Assembly: GCA_023432845.1 (NCBI GenBank)
Contig: JAEZEY010000228.1
Location: 1-46,664, forward strand
DNA: 46,664 bases
Source of the DNA: Pseudomonadota bacterium
Lineage (GTDB): Bacteria; Pseudomonadota; Alphaproteobacteria; Rhizobiales; Xanthobacteraceae
Direction of reading: 5' to 3'
This document shows, in pieces, positions 21,651 through 33,190 of the stretch; within the stretch, counting starts at the first letter, position 1; each line of letters begins with the position of its first letter. A program made the position numbers and the translations under genes. A model generated the notes under the pieces. That model saw only the letters and a program-made list of their open reading frames with translations. It had not been told where the DNA came from and did no database searches.

Positions 21651-22070
21651 TCAGGCCATCTGAAGCCGGGGCGCAGGCCCCGCGATCTGCATGGCCAGCG
21701 CGGAATCGCAGATCTCGGTCAGAGCCGTAACCTTGCCGTTCTCGATCGTGATAATGTCGATCAGGTCCGCCGTCACCGGCACGCCGCTCCCCGCCGGCTT
21801 GATCGCCACGCGCCACTGCACCGCTGCGCGATTGCCGTCGATCAGCAGAGCGATGATCTCCAGATCATCCATGACAAAGGTTTTCATCAAGGCTTCTGTG
21901 GCCGCGACAATATTCTGCTTGCCCGCGGTCTTTACCGCGGCGGGATTGCTGCCGAGTATTTCGAATCGAGCGTCATCGGCGAACGACCGCTCAACGGTCG
22001 CAATGTCATTGGCAACCCGTGCGCCGTACAGCGCGTGGATGAGCCTTTCCATTTCCATGCGGTCTGACAT
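21651..22070 (-). CDS. SnoaL/NTF2-like protein
   Basis: 139 aa; FADDA, LIDGNRAAV, ENGKV..L.E.CDS pattern; GGAGG RBS before ATG 22070. Confidence 0.8.
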   Translation of the reverse strand: MSDRMEMERLIHALYGARVANDIATVERSFADDARFEILGSNPAAVKTAGKQNIVAATEALMKTFVMDDLEIIALLIDGNRAAVQWRVAIKPAGSGVPVTADLIDIITIENGKVTALTEICDSALAMQIAGPAPRLQMA

Positions 22071-22117
22071 GTCGGCCTCCCCTCTCTGGAAGCATTCTGC
22101 CACGCGGCGGGCGCAAC

Positions 22118-22144
22118 AAAAAGGCCCGCCAAAACGGCGGGCCT
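22118..22144 (-). terminator. Intrinsic terminator after ilvC
   Basis: Minus strand AGGCCCGCC-GTTTT-GGCGGGCC-TTTTT. Confidence 0.85.
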
Positions 22145-22168
22145 AATGTGTTTTATCAGCGATAACGA

Positions 22169-23293
<1,125 letters not shown>

Positions 23294-23893
23294 CTAAAGA
23301 ACCATCGGAACGATGCTCGCCACGAGGAGCAGTGCCATGACGATATTGAAGATTCTGGCGTGGCGCGGATTGCTGAGCAGGCCCCGTAGCGCCACACCGA
23401 AACCGGTCCAGGTGGCAACCGTCGCCACCGTGAAAACGATATTGATCGCGATCAGGATGGCGGTGTCGAGCACCCGCCCCTCGGGCCGCACGAACAGCGC
23501 CACCATGGTCAGGCTCATGACCAGCGCCTTCGGATTGACCCACTGGAAGGCGGCGGCCTGCCAGAAGGTCAAGGGCTGCCCCAGTTCGACATCGCCGTTT
23601 GAGGGCGCAGGGCGCGAATTCGCCACCTTCCAGGCCAGCCACAGCATATAAAGCGCGCCGGCGATCTTGAGCCCGGTCTGCAGCACCGGGGCCGCCGTAA
23701 AGATCAGGCCGAGGCCCGCCGCCGCCGCGAGCAGCAGCACGACGAAACCGACGGTAATCCCGGCCATGTGCGGAATGGTCCGCATGAAGCCGAAATTGAC
23801 GCCGGAGGCCGTCACCATGATGTTGTTAGGCCCCGGTGTGAACGCGGTCGCAAACACGAACACCACCAGCGCCGCGAACATGTCGTACGGCAT
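23294..23893 (-). CDS. LysE/RhtB-family amino-acid exporter
   Basis: FTPGPNNIM, FQWVNPKA; hydrophobic 199 aa. Confidence 0.92.
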   Translation of the reverse strand: MPYDMFAALVVFVFATAFTPGPNNIMVTASGVNFGFMRTIPHMAGITVGFVVLLLAAAAGLGLIFTAAPVLQTGLKIAGALYMLWLAWKVANSRPAPSNGDVELGQPLTFWQAAAFQWVNPKALVMSLTMVALFVRPEGRVLDTAILIAINIVFTVATVATWTGFGVALRGLLSNPRHARIFNIVMALLLVASIVPMVL

Positions 23894-24457
23894 TTACATC
23901 GGGTCCGGCCCGCGCGCGATCGCCGCGATCCCCGTGCGCGACACTTCGACCAAACCAAGCGGCAGCATCAGCGCCACGAACTGCTCGATCTTTTCGCTCT
24001 TGCCGGTGATCTCGAACACGAAGCTCTCGGTGGTGGCATCGATGACGCGGGCGCGGAAGGCATCGGCGAGGCGCAAGGCCTCGACACGGTTATCGCCTTT
24101 GCCGGCGACTTTCACCATCGCCAGCTCGCGCTCGATCGCCTTGCCGGAGAGGGTCATGTCGACGACCCGATGCACCGGGACCAGTCGATCGAGCTGGTTC
24201 TTGATCTGCTCGATCACCATCGGCGTGCCGGTGGTGACTACGGTAATAAGCGACTGATGCTTCTGGTGCTCGGTCTCGGACACCGTCAGCGACTCGATGT
24301 TGTAGCCGCGCCCGGAAAACAGGCCGATGACGCGGGCAAGCACGCCCGGCTCGTTGTCGACCAGCACCGACAGCGTGTGGGTTTCCGGCTTCTGCACATT
24401 GGTCGCGGTCGGATAGTGCGACGTGCTCGACGGGACGTTGGCGTTCACAACACTCAT
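23894..24457 (-). CDS. ilvH: Acetolactate synthase small (regulatory) subunit
   Basis: ACT domain LVDNEPGVLARVIGLFSGRGYNIESL, ERELAMVKV, EVSRTG. Start uncertain (ATG 24457 or GTG 24448). Confidence 0.95.
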   Translation of the reverse strand: MSVVNANVPSSTSHYPTATNVQKPETHTLSVLVDNEPGVLARVIGLFSGRGYNIESLTVSETEHQKHQSLITVVTTGTPMVIEQIKNQLDRLVPVHRVVDMTLSGKAIERELAMVKVAGKGDNRVEALRLADAFRARVIDATTESFVFEITGKSEKIEQFVALMLPLGLVEVSRTGIAAIARGPDPM

Positions 24458-24462
24458 CCTTC

Positions 24463-26256
24463 TCAAACCAGCATCTTGCCTTCCTCGGTGATGGCGTCGT
24501 CGAGAGACACGCCCGAGTCACCGAGGATCATTTCGTTATGCGCCTTGCCCGACGGGATCATCGGGAAGCAGTTCTCCGCCTTGTCGACGACGCAGTCGAA
24601 CAGCACCGGGCGGTCGATATCGATCATCTCCTTGATGGCGTGATCGAGATCGCCCGGCCTCTCGCAGCGGATGCCGACGGCGTGCATCGCCTCGGCCAGC
24701 TTGACGAAATCCGGGAGCGCTTCGGAGTAGCTCTCCGAATAGCGGCTGCCGTGCAGCAGTTCCTGCCATTGCCGCACCATGCCCATGTAGCTGTTGTTGA
24801 GGATGAAGATCTTGATCGGCAGCCGGTACTGCACCGCCGTCGACAGTTCCTGCATCGTCATCTGCACCGAGGCTTCGCCGGCTATGTCGATGACCAGTGC
24901 CTTGGGATGCGCGAGCTGCACGCCGACCGAGGCCGGCAGGCCGTAGCCCATGGTGCCGAGGCCCCCCGAAGTCATCCAGCGGTTCGGCTCGTTGAAGTGA
25001 TAGAACTGCGCCGCCCACATCTGGTGCTGACCGACTTCGGTCGTGATGTAGGTGTCGCGATCCTTGGTCAGCTCGAACAGCCGCTGGATGGCGTATTGCG
25101 GCTTGATCACCTCGTTCGACGGACGATAGGCCAGCGACTTGCGGGCGCGCCACTTGCCGATCTGCTTCCACCAGTCCTCGATGGCCTTCTAGTCGGCCTG
25201 CTTCTTCTCGGACTTCCACAGATGCAGCATGTCCTGAAGGACATGCCCGCAATCGCCGATGATCGGAATATCGACATGGACGTTCTTGTTGATTGACGAC
25301 GGATCGATGTCGATGTGGATTTTCTTCGAGTTCGGCGAGAAGGCGTCGAGGCGCCCGGTGATGCGGTCGTCGAAGCGCGCGCCGACGCAGACCATGACGT
25401 CGCAGTCATGCATCGCCATGTTGGCTTCCAGCGTGCCGTGCATGCCGAGCATGCCGAGCCACTGCGGATCGGCCGCCGGATAGGCGCCAAGGCCCATCAG
25501 GGTCGAGGTGATGGGGAAGCCGGTGGCCTGCACCAGTTCGCGCAGCAGTTTGCTGGCCTGCGGGCCGGAATTGATGACGCCGCCGCCGGTGTAGAAAATT
25601 GGCTTTTTGGCGCGCGCCATCAGTTCGATCGCCGCCTTGATCGGCGCCGGATCGGCCTTCAGCTTCGGGTGATAGCCCGTGTGCGGGAATTCCTTCGGCT
25701 GCGAGTACATGCCGGTGGCGAACTGGATGTCCTTCGGGATATCGACCACAACCGGACCCGGACGGCCGCTGGCGGCGATGTGGAAGGCCTCGTGCAGGAT
25801 GCGCGGCAGGTCCTCGATGCGCTTCACCAGGTAATTGTGCTTGGTGCAGGGCCGCGTGATGCCGACCGTGTCGCATTCCTGGAAGGCGTCGTTGCCGATG
25901 AGATGCGTCGGCACCTGGCCGGTGATGCAGACTAGCGGGATCGAGTCGCACAGCGCGTCGGTGAGACCGGTGACGGCGTTGGTGGCGCCGGGGCCGGACG
26001 TCACCAGCACGCAACCGACCTTCCCGGTCGAGCGGGCATAGCCCTCGGCAGCGTGGACGGCGCCCTGCTCGTGGCGGACCAGGATGTGGCGAACGTCCTT
26101 CTGCGCGAACAGCGCGTCGTAAATCGGAAGCACCGCGCCGCCCGGATAGCCGAACAGGTGCTTCACCCCCTGATCGGCCATGGCCTGAATCACCATTTCG
26201 GCGCCGGTCATCTGCCGGGGCTCGGTGGTTTCCTTCGTCGCCGTGTGCTTGGTCAT
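24463..26256 (-). pseudogene. ilvI: Acetolactate synthase large subunit interrupted by a single in-frame TAG (25189-25191): nonsense allele or base-call error
   Basis: ORFs 25189..26337 and 24463..25110 share a frame. The read-through is ...KKQAD*KAIEDWWKQIGKWRARKSLAYRPSNEVIKPQ. FGYPGGA, RHEQGA, TSGPGATN, GARFDDR, VGQHQMW and SGGLGTMG are all intact. Confidence 0.85.
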
Positions 26257-26303
26257 GATCGGCTTCCTTTTCCGCTCGTCCTGTCGCTTCTGCTGCAGCC
26301 AAT

Positions 26304-26325
26304 AAAAAAGGCCCGCGAAGGGGCC
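26304..26325 (-). terminator. ilv attenuator terminator
   Basis: Minus strand GGCCC-CTTCGC-GGGCC-TTTTTT between the leader peptide and ilvI. Confidence 0.85.
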
Positions 26326-26357
26326 ACGTCCGGACACTCACCGAGGGTAGCAGTGGG

Positions 26358-26408
26358 CTACCCGGCCAGTGTCCGAACCTCTACTACGAGAATAATAATA
26401 TTGCGCAT
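26358..26408 (-). CDS. ilv operon leader peptide MRNIIILVVEVRTLAG
   Basis: 16 aa with an Ile/Leu/Val run. Leader TTCGGACACT can pair with downstream AGTGTCCGGA, and leader GGCC can compete for the terminator arm: classical attenuator layout. Confidence 0.88.
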   Translation of the reverse strand: MRNIIILVVEVRTLAG

Positions 26409-26440
26409 TGCTTGCGTCGTCCGAACTTTCGTTGCGCGCG

Positions 26441-26469
26441 TTATAGGGTCGGCTTTTTGCCCGGTCAAG
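26441..26469 (-). promoter_or_regulatory. Sigma70 promoter of the ilv leader/operon
   Basis: Minus strand CTTGAC-N17-CTATAA, matching the alphaproteobacterial RpoD consensus. Confidence 0.75.
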
Positions 26470-26577
26470 CGGGAAACGCAGGGTAATCCCAGCCCCGCGG
26501 ACCGGCAATAGCGCTCTTGGCGGGCCTGACATGCCTTTGGAGGCCGGCCGGCCTGAGGGGGCCCTGCTTGGAGGGCC

Positions 26578-28200
26578 TTAGGCGGCGCGCTGATTGGCCC
26601 GTACCGGACGCGCCGCGAAAGGCTCTGGCGCGGCGGCAAGTGGCTCGCCACCCGCCTCTACGCCGTCAGCCTCGCTCCCGTCCTTGAGTTTGAATACAGC
26701 CACCCGTTCCGACATGCTGACCGACTGATTATCGAGCGCCTTGGCGGTGGCGGCATTCTCCTCGACCAGCGCGGAGTTTTGCTGGGTGACTTCGTCGAGT
26801 TGATGCAGCGCCTGCTTCACCTGATCGATGCTTTCGGCCTGCTCTCCCGCTGCCGTGGCGATCTCCGCCACGATCGAAGACACCTTGCGGATCGAGTCGG
26901 TGATGGCATCGAGTGCGTGGCCCGTGCGATTGACCAGTTCGACGCCGTTCTTGACCTGATTTGAGGAGTTGCTGATGAGGCCGTTGATGTCCTTGGCGGC
27001 CTGAGCCGAGCGCTGGGCGAGATTGCGCACTTCGGCAGCGACCACGGCGAAGCCGCGACCCGTCTCGCCTGCGCGCGCGGCTTCCACTGCCGCGTTGAGG
27101 GCCAAGAGGTTGGTTTGCCGCGCGATCTCGTCGATCACGACGATGATCTCGCCGATCTTGTGCGACGATTCCTCGATCTTGGCCATCGCGGCAACCGCAG
27201 TACCGACCACTTCGCTGCTGTCATCGGCCATCTTGCGCATGCCGGACACGAACTCGTTGGCCCGCTGCGCGCTCTCGGCACTCCTGCGAACGGTCCCGGA
27301 GATCGTCTCCAGCGTCGCCGAGGTTTCCTCGAGGCCCGCGGCCTGCTCTTCAGTGCGCTGCGACAGGTCAGTACTACTAATGGCAATCTCCGCAGCGGCG
27401 CTCGAGACCTCGTTCGCGGCAACGATTATGCCGGATACCGTTTCGTCGAGCGAAGCGCGGGTCTTGTCGAGCGAGACCAGCAGGCGACCGAGCTCGTCGC
27501 GACGCTTCGTCTTGATCTCGACGGTGAAGTTACCGCTGGCGATCTCTTCCGAGATGCTCATCGCGTGGCGGATGGCGCGGCTGAATGAAGCCGCCATGAA
27601 GAATGCCAACGCAAGGCCCGCCAGCACGACCGCCACTGCGCACACCATCAAGTTCGTCTTCGAGCTTGCCGCGGTCGCTTCCGCGGCCGAACGGAAATTC
27701 AGTCCATAGGCGCTGGCATACTCGACAATAATATCCATCGCCTCCTGCACTTCGTTGCCCTTGGCTATCACTTCCTGCGGCAGAGGCAGTTCGGTCAACC
27801 CGGTGGCAGGCGGCCTGAGATAGTTAAGGCCGGTCTTGTACCATTCATCCGAGAGCAGCTTGAGCTTGTCGAGACTGTCATTGAACTCGGCGGCAGCCGT
27901 CATGCGCTCACGCACAATGCCCAGATTGAGGGAGAGCTGCTCCAATGAACTCTCGATGACCTTAAAGTCCTGCACGCTAGCCGCCTCGCGCAGCACGATC
28001 GCCTTTTCCACAGCACGCCTGGCCTCTGTGAAGTTGAGTTGAGCGAGGCGCGCATGGTTCACCGCCATCATCGGGCCGTCGTAGAGCCCGACCACCAACC
28101 CACTCGATGAACTAATGAGGCGGTAGCCGTAAGCCGCCACACCGGCTGCGAGAAATACGACCGCACTGAAAGCCAATAGAAGTTTGTACCGGATGGACAT
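26578..28200 (-). CDS. Methyl-accepting chemotaxis protein (2 TM, periplasmic helical sensor, HAMP)
   Basis: [30 protein letters not shown] hairpin; [12 protein letters not shown]; two TM helices. Confidence 0.95.
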   Translation of the reverse strand: MSIRYKLLLAFSAVVFLAAGVAAYGYRLISSSSGLVVGLYDGPMMAVNHARLAQLNFTEARRAVEKAIVLREAASVQDFKVIESSLEQLSLNLGIVRERMTAAAEFNDSLDKLKLLSDEWYKTGLNYLRPPATGLTELPLPQEVIAKGNEVQEAMDIIVEYASAYGLNFRSAAEATAASSKTNLMVCAVAVVLAGLALAFFMAASFSRAIRHAMSISEEIASGNFTVEIKTKRRDELGRLLVSLDKTRASLDETVSGIIVAANEVSSAAAEIAISSTDLSQRTEEQAAGLEETSATLETISGTVRRSAESAQRANEFVSGMRKMADDSSEVVGTAVAAMAKIEESSHKIGEIIVVIDEIARQTNLLALNAAVEAARAGETGRGFAVVAAEVRNLAQRSAQAAKDINGLISNSSNQVKNGVELVNRTGHALDAITDSIRKVSSIVAEIATAAGEQAESIDQVKQALHQLDEVTQQNSALVEENAATAKALDNQSVSMSERVAVFKLKDGSEADGVEAGGEPLAAAPEPFAARPVRANQRAA

Positions 28201-28241
28201 GCTTCACCCCTTTCGGGTCGGTCAGTTTACGATCGGGCCGG

Positions 28242-28577
28242 TTAGTTTACGACCTTGACGCGCATTTTCATCGACGGATGGATGGCGCAGATAACGGCGA
28301 CGTCGCCAGCAGCCTTGAACGTCACCGGCGTGGCGCTGCCCGGTCGCAGCGAACCGAGATTGAACTTGTTGTTCGGATCCATCGACATGACGTTGTGCGG
28401 AATATTGTCGTCGTTGACGAACACGATCGCATCACCCACCTTGATGCTAATCTCCTCCTGCGAGAATTTCTTTCCCTTCTGGCCGATCGTATGCTCGGCC
28501 GCGTAGGCCGCCACTGCGTAGGCCGCTATAGCACCAGCGGCAAAAGCCGCCGCCATGTTCATGCCCAATCTGTTCAT
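28242..28577 (-). CDS. Periplasmic cupredoxin (amicyanin-like type-1 copper loop)
   Basis: Signal peptide; VFVNDD.IPHNV and C-A-I-H-P-S-M (CxxHxxM) ligand set. Confidence 0.88.
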   Translation of the reverse strand: MNRLGMNMAAAFAAGAIAAYAVAAYAAEHTIGQKGKKFSQEEISIKVGDAIVFVNDDNIPHNVMSMDPNNKFNLGSLRPGSATPVTFKAAGDVAVICAIHPSMKMRVKVVN

Positions 28578-28605
28578 AAGACTTCTCCGTTATGGGTTGG
28601 CGCTG

Positions 28606-29676
28606 TCAGCGCGGCAGGATTGGAATCGTCGTCGGATCGGCATCGCTGGTGAGCGTCTTCATGAATGCCACCAGATCGGTCTTTTCCTGCATCGTCAGCG
28701 CGAGCGGCTGGATGAAGTCCGAGCGGCTTTCGCGAGCGACGCCGCCATGCGCGTAGTGGCTGACGACATCTTCGAGCGTTTCGAGCGAGCCATCGTGCAT
28801 GTAAGGCGCGCGCTGCGTAATCTCCCGCAGGCCCGGCGTCTTGAAGGCATGCTGCGCTTTCGGGATGCCAACCAAAAACTTGCCACGGCCCACGTCTTCG
28901 CTCGGCAAACCTATGTCGTGGAAGCTGTCGTCGGTGAAGTGCCAACCGGAATGGCAGGTTGCACACTGCGCCTTGCCGTTGAATAGGGCGAAGCCCCGCT
29001 TGGCCTCTTCCGAAATCGCGCTCTCATCGCCCTCTATCCAAGCGTCGAACGGCGCCCGGCCCGACACAATAGTCCGCTCATATGTAGCGATTGCCTTTGC
29101 TACGGTGGCGCCGGTTATGCCTTGCCCGGGAAAGGCTGCGTCAAACAACTTCTTATATTCGGGGATTGCTTTCAGCCGCGCCATCAACTCGGGCAGCGGC
29201 AGGTTCATCTCGACTTCCGCCTGAATCGGACCGAGAGCCTGCTCTTCCAACGAGCCGGCGCGGCCATCCCACATTAGCACCTGAGCATAGGCCGCGTTGA
29301 TGATAGTCGGCGAACGGCGCCCCAGCCGCTTCATCAAATGACCGACGCCGGTCGGTTGACCGTCGCCCCACCCATAGCCCGGATTATGGCAACCGGCGCA
29401 TGATAGAAGGTTTGCTGCCGACAGCCGCGTATCGAAATAGAGCTTCTTTCCGAGCTCCGCCTTTTCAGCGGTGTAGGGGTTGTCTTTCGGGAATGGAATG
29501 AAACGTGGTCGGCGATATTGTTCCCGGAGTTGGTCTCCGCTCGCCCTCGGCGACTGGGCGATGCTTACTGTGCGGGTTGCTCCCACCTCCGCCTGGGCAT
29601 GCACGCGCGCTGGCATGACAATCGCGACTGCAGCAAGAAAAACTGCAGCCGAGATGCTGCTCGTCCGAACAGACAT
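28606..29676 (-). CDS. Dihaem cytochrome c peroxidase / MauG-family protein
   Basis: Signal peptide; LGKKLYFDTRLS, CAGCH, WDGRA, CATCH, FKTPGLR, PYMHDG, DLVAFMKTL. Confidence 0.92.
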   Translation of the reverse strand: MSVRTSSISAAVFLAAVAIVMPARVHAQAEVGATRTVSIAQSPRASGDQLREQYRRPRFIPFPKDNPYTAEKAELGKKLYFDTRLSAANLLSCAGCHNPGYGWGDGQPTGVGHLMKRLGRRSPTIINAAYAQVLMWDGRAGSLEEQALGPIQAEVEMNLPLPELMARLKAIPEYKKLFDAAFPGQGITGATVAKAIATYERTIVSGRAPFDAWIEGDESAISEEAKRGFALFNGKAQCATCHSGWHFTDDSFHDIGLPSEDVGRGKFLVGIPKAQHAFKTPGLREITQRAPYMHDGSLETLEDVVSHYAHGGVARESRSDFIQPLALTMQEKTDLVAFMKTLTSDADPTTIPILPR

Positions 29677-30041
29677 AGGCGAATCCCCCAGAGTTCCTTG
29701 AAACTCACAGGAACTACACGTTATAAAATTTTATATTGTATTAAATTGCCAAATGACTATGTCGCGATTGCCTGTCATTGCGAACTAATTAGTTCTTTTG
29801 CGATCTTTGATTGAGTGTTGACTGCAACACGCGCTTACAAAAGATTTTAGTAATTGCAGTACACCACCTTAAGGCGCGCTGCGAGTAAGCACTTTCTGTT
29901 GAAAGCGGCAAAGCATCAGTGCGGCACTACCTACTGTCTGCTCGCTACGTCTTTGTGCCGTCGCTTGGCCGAACAGCTGCATCGATGGAGCCGAGCGCGC
30001 GTCACCAATCTCCATCAAACCGTGGTGCTTCGTGCTCGCCG

Positions 30042-32102
30042 TCAGGCGGCGCGCGCGGGCCCAGACACCCTGGCGGGAGCCTCCCGGGCCGGCGCCGGAC
30101 TGCGCGCGACATGGTGCCGAGACTCGGCCGCCGGAGACGCCTCGTCGCCGAAGCGGAAGAAGCCGATCTGCCCGTCCATCATTCGCGCCTGCTGCTCCAG
30201 CAGCTTGGCGGTGGCGGCATTCTCCTCGACCAGCGCCGAGTTCTGCTGGGTCGAGTTGTCCATCATGTTCATCGCCTTGTTGACCTCGTCGACGCCGGTC
30301 GACTGCTCGGCGCTGGCGCTGGCGATATCGTTGATGAGGCTCGTGACCTTCTGGATCGACTCCGTGATCCGGCCGAGCGCGGTACCGGCCTCGTTGACCA
30401 AGTCGACGCCCTCCTGAACCTGACCGCCGGATTTGGTGATTAGTGCCGTGATGTCCTTGGCGGCCTGCGAGGAGCGTTGCGCTAGGCTACGCACTTCGGA
30501 GGCGACGACGGCAAAGCCGCGGCCGGCTTCACCGGCGCGGGCGGCTTCCACCGCCGCGTTGAGGGCAAGGAGGTTGGTCTGACGCGCGATCTCGTCGATA
30601 ACGACGATGATTTCGGAGATGCTCTTGGACGATTCCTCGATACGTGCCATGGCTTCGACCGCCTTGGCGACAACCTCGCCGCTCTGAGCGGCCACGTCGC
30701 GCGTCTCATGCGCCGAGCGGCTCGCCTCGCGCGCATTCTCCGCGTTGTGCTTGATGATCGAGGAAATCTCCTCCATCGCCGCGGTGGTTTCTTCGAGGCT
30801 CGCCGCCTGCTCTTCGGTACGCTGCGACAAGTCCGTGGTGCTGGTCGAGATTTCGACCGAGGCGTTGGTGACCTCGGTCGCCGCCGCCTTGATCTGCAGG
30901 AGCGCCGCGCGCACCTTGTCGGCCATGCCGTTGACCGCCCCGGCGATTTGACCGATCTCGTCTGGCCGGTCGCGATACGGCACGTCGACGGCGAAGTTGC
31001 CGTCGGCGATCTGACCGAGCGGCCTGGTCAGCATGCGCAGCGGCCGCGCCACCGTGATGACGCTGAAGGCGATTGCGCCGAAGAAAATCGCGACGCATGC
31101 GATGAGAAGTACGCTGCTGATGATCAGCGTCTGCAGGCCGGATGCGATGAGATCCTTGGTATAGGCTTCGCTCGCCGCACCGGCGCCGTTCATGACATCG
31201 AGCAGGGTCGCCAGGAGCGGCGTGGTCGTGTCGACCCATTCCGGGGTGGCCATCGGATACTTGCCGCCCGCGGCCGAGATCTTGCGCATCTCGTTGGCCA
31301 GCGGCTGGAACTTGCCGAAATACCCGTCCGTCGCCGCCTTGACGCCCGCGGTGATGGTCGCGTGCTCGCCGTCGATCAGAGTGGCCTGCAGCAATCGCCA
31401 CAGCAAACTGACCTGGACGCGAATGGCTTGAATCCGCTCGAGATTGGCAGGCGGAATGGCGGTGCCAGCCGATATGGATTGCGCCAGCGTCGAACGCTCG
31501 CTGCCGCCGATCTCGCGCAGGTTCCAGGCATAGATGCGGACCGAGGCCAAACGCGCCAACTCCGGATCCATCGCGCTGGTGCTGCTTAGCACGCGATTCC
31601 ACAACTTCTGCGCCGTGCCGGCAAAAGCGGTCAGCGCGGCAACGGTGCTCTTGACGGTGTCGGCATCCCGTTGCGCCTTCGGCAACTTGATCGCATCCTC
31701 GGATTTTTGCCGGTACTGGTCGACCTTTGCGAGCGCGTCGTTGAATTCCTTGATCAGCTCCTGCTTGCGCGGGAAATCTTCGGTCTGCAGCGCCTTGAAT
31801 GCGGCATCGATCTTGGCCTTGGCTCCGGCGCGCTGATCCTGAATGTCCTTGAGCACGGCCGCGCTGGCCGGATCGGCAGCCTGCAGCGCGCTGCTCACCA
31901 GCGCACGTTCGATCAGGATATCGTAGACGCCGAGGATGAGCGCATTGGCGGCGGCGTTCTGTCGGTCCGCTTTTTGGGCTTTGCTGTAAAGTTCGTAAGA
32001 GCGCCAAGTTTCGGTCGACAAGGCCCAGGCTGCGATCGGCACGACCAGCGCGAAGGTGACGGCAATGCGCGTGGAGATGCTCTTGAACGAGAAAATTGCC
32101 AT
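30042..32102 (-). CDS. Methyl-accepting chemotaxis protein with NIT-like periplasmic domain
   Basis: MCP hairpin; HAMP (RPDEIGQIA); roughly 300-aa helical periplasmic region with LIERAL and REIGGSERS motifs. Confidence 0.92.
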   Translation of the reverse strand: MAIFSFKSISTRIAVTFALVVPIAAWALSTETWRSYELYSKAQKADRQNAAANALILGVYDILIERALVSSALQAADPASAAVLKDIQDQRAGAKAKIDAAFKALQTEDFPRKQELIKEFNDALAKVDQYRQKSEDAIKLPKAQRDADTVKSTVAALTAFAGTAQKLWNRVLSSTSAMDPELARLASVRIYAWNLREIGGSERSTLAQSISAGTAIPPANLERIQAIRVQVSLLWRLLQATLIDGEHATITAGVKAATDGYFGKFQPLANEMRKISAAGGKYPMATPEWVDTTTPLLATLLDVMNGAGAASEAYTKDLIASGLQTLIISSVLLIACVAIFFGAIAFSVITVARPLRMLTRPLGQIADGNFAVDVPYRDRPDEIGQIAGAVNGMADKVRAALLQIKAAATEVTNASVEISTSTTDLSQRTEEQAASLEETTAAMEEISSIIKHNAENAREASRSAHETRDVAAQSGEVVAKAVEAMARIEESSKSISEIIVVIDEIARQTNLLALNAAVEAARAGEAGRGFAVVASEVRSLAQRSSQAAKDITALITKSGGQVQEGVDLVNEAGTALGRITESIQKVTSLINDIASASAEQSTGVDEVNKAMNMMDNSTQQNSALVEENAATAKLLEQQARMMDGQIGFFRFGDEASPAAESRHHVARSPAPAREAPARVSGPARAA

Positions 32103-32263
32103 GGATCCGGGCTCCAACCGAAAGAAACACCCGCGATCTGCGGAATTGTTTCAATTTCCCGGCAGCGCATTAAAGAGGCCTAAATTTGGTGGAAAATTTT
32201 AAACGGGCCCGAGCGGTTATTCGATAAACTGGATTGTACTTCTTACACAGATACCGCGTCGCA

Positions 32264-33190
32264 TCAGGCAGCAAACGTTTTAATGATGGCATCGAAGGCC
32301 TGTTCGGCGGGAATCATAGGCCAATCCTTCATCTGACCGCGGAACCAGGTGTGCTGGCGCTTGGCGTAGCGCCGGGTGTCCATAATCGACCCGGCTACCG
32401 CTTCGTCGAGCGGGATTTCACCCTTGAGGTGCCGGATCAACCACGGCACGCCGTGGGCTTTCATCGCCGGCAGTAGCGGATCGAGATTGCGCGCTGCGAG
32501 CGCCTTGACCTCGTCGAGGGCGCCGGACTGCATCATTGCGGAAAAGCGCGCTTCGATCCGCGACACCAACCGGGCGCGGTCAAGGGTGACAAAGACTTTT
32601 GCCGCGCGCTCAGGCGGCAGCAGCGGCGCCGTGTTCTCGCCGTGCCAATCGCTGATCGAGCGGCCGGTCGCCAGCACGACTTCCAGGGCGCGGGCGATGC
32701 GGGAGCGGTCGAGCGGCATCAGCCGCGCCGCCGTCACCGGATCGAGTGCGGTCAGTTCGGCATAGAGGGAAGACACGCCGTCGCGCGCCAGGCGTTCGCG
32801 CACGTTTTCGCGTATTTCGGCCGGGATCGCCGGCACAGAGGCGAGTCCCTCGGTCAGCACCTTGAAATAGAGCCCAGTGCCGCCGACCACGATCGGAATC
32901 CGCCCGGCGGCTTGGATGTCGCTAAGCGCATGGGCGACCTCCCGCAACCAGCGTCCGGTCGAATAGGATTCCGCGGCGTCGACGTGGCCGTAGAGCACGT
33001 GGGGCGCGCGCGCCTCTTCCTCGATCGTCGGCCGGGCGGTGATGACGCGCAGGCCGGCGTAAACCTGCATGGAATCGGCATTGACGATGGTGCCGCCGAG
33101 ACGGTCGGCCAGTGCAAGCGCCAAAGCCGACTTGCCGCTGGCAGTCGGACCGGCGATAAGCACTGCCTGTTTCAGCTCCGGCATCGACAT
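32264..33190 (-). CDS. miaA: tRNA dimethylallyltransferase
   Basis: [36 protein letters not shown]; start ATG 33190 or 33184. Confidence 0.96.
   Translation of the reverse strand: MSMPELKQAVLIAGPTASGKSALALALADRLGGTIVNADSMQVYAGLRVITARPTIEEEARAPHVLYGHVDAAESYSTGRWLREVAHALSDIQAAGRIPIVVGGTGLYFKVLTEGLASVPAIPAEIRENVRERLARDGVSSLYAELTALDPVTAARLMPLDRSRIARALEVVLATGRSISDWHGENTAPLLPPERAAKVFVTLDRARLVSRIEARFSAMMQSGALDEVKALAARNLDPLLPAMKAHGVPWLIRHLKGEIPLDEAVAGSIMDTRRYAKRQHTWFRGQMKDWPMIPAEQAFDAIIKTFAA

Noticed and set aside
28242..29676. Methylamine utilisation (mau) cluster
   Set aside because: No mauA/B/D/E genes in the window; only family-level similarity is supported.
26700..30900. DNA similarity between the two MCP genes as a recent duplication
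   Set aside because: Limited to the conserved signalling domain; the sensor domains are unrelated.
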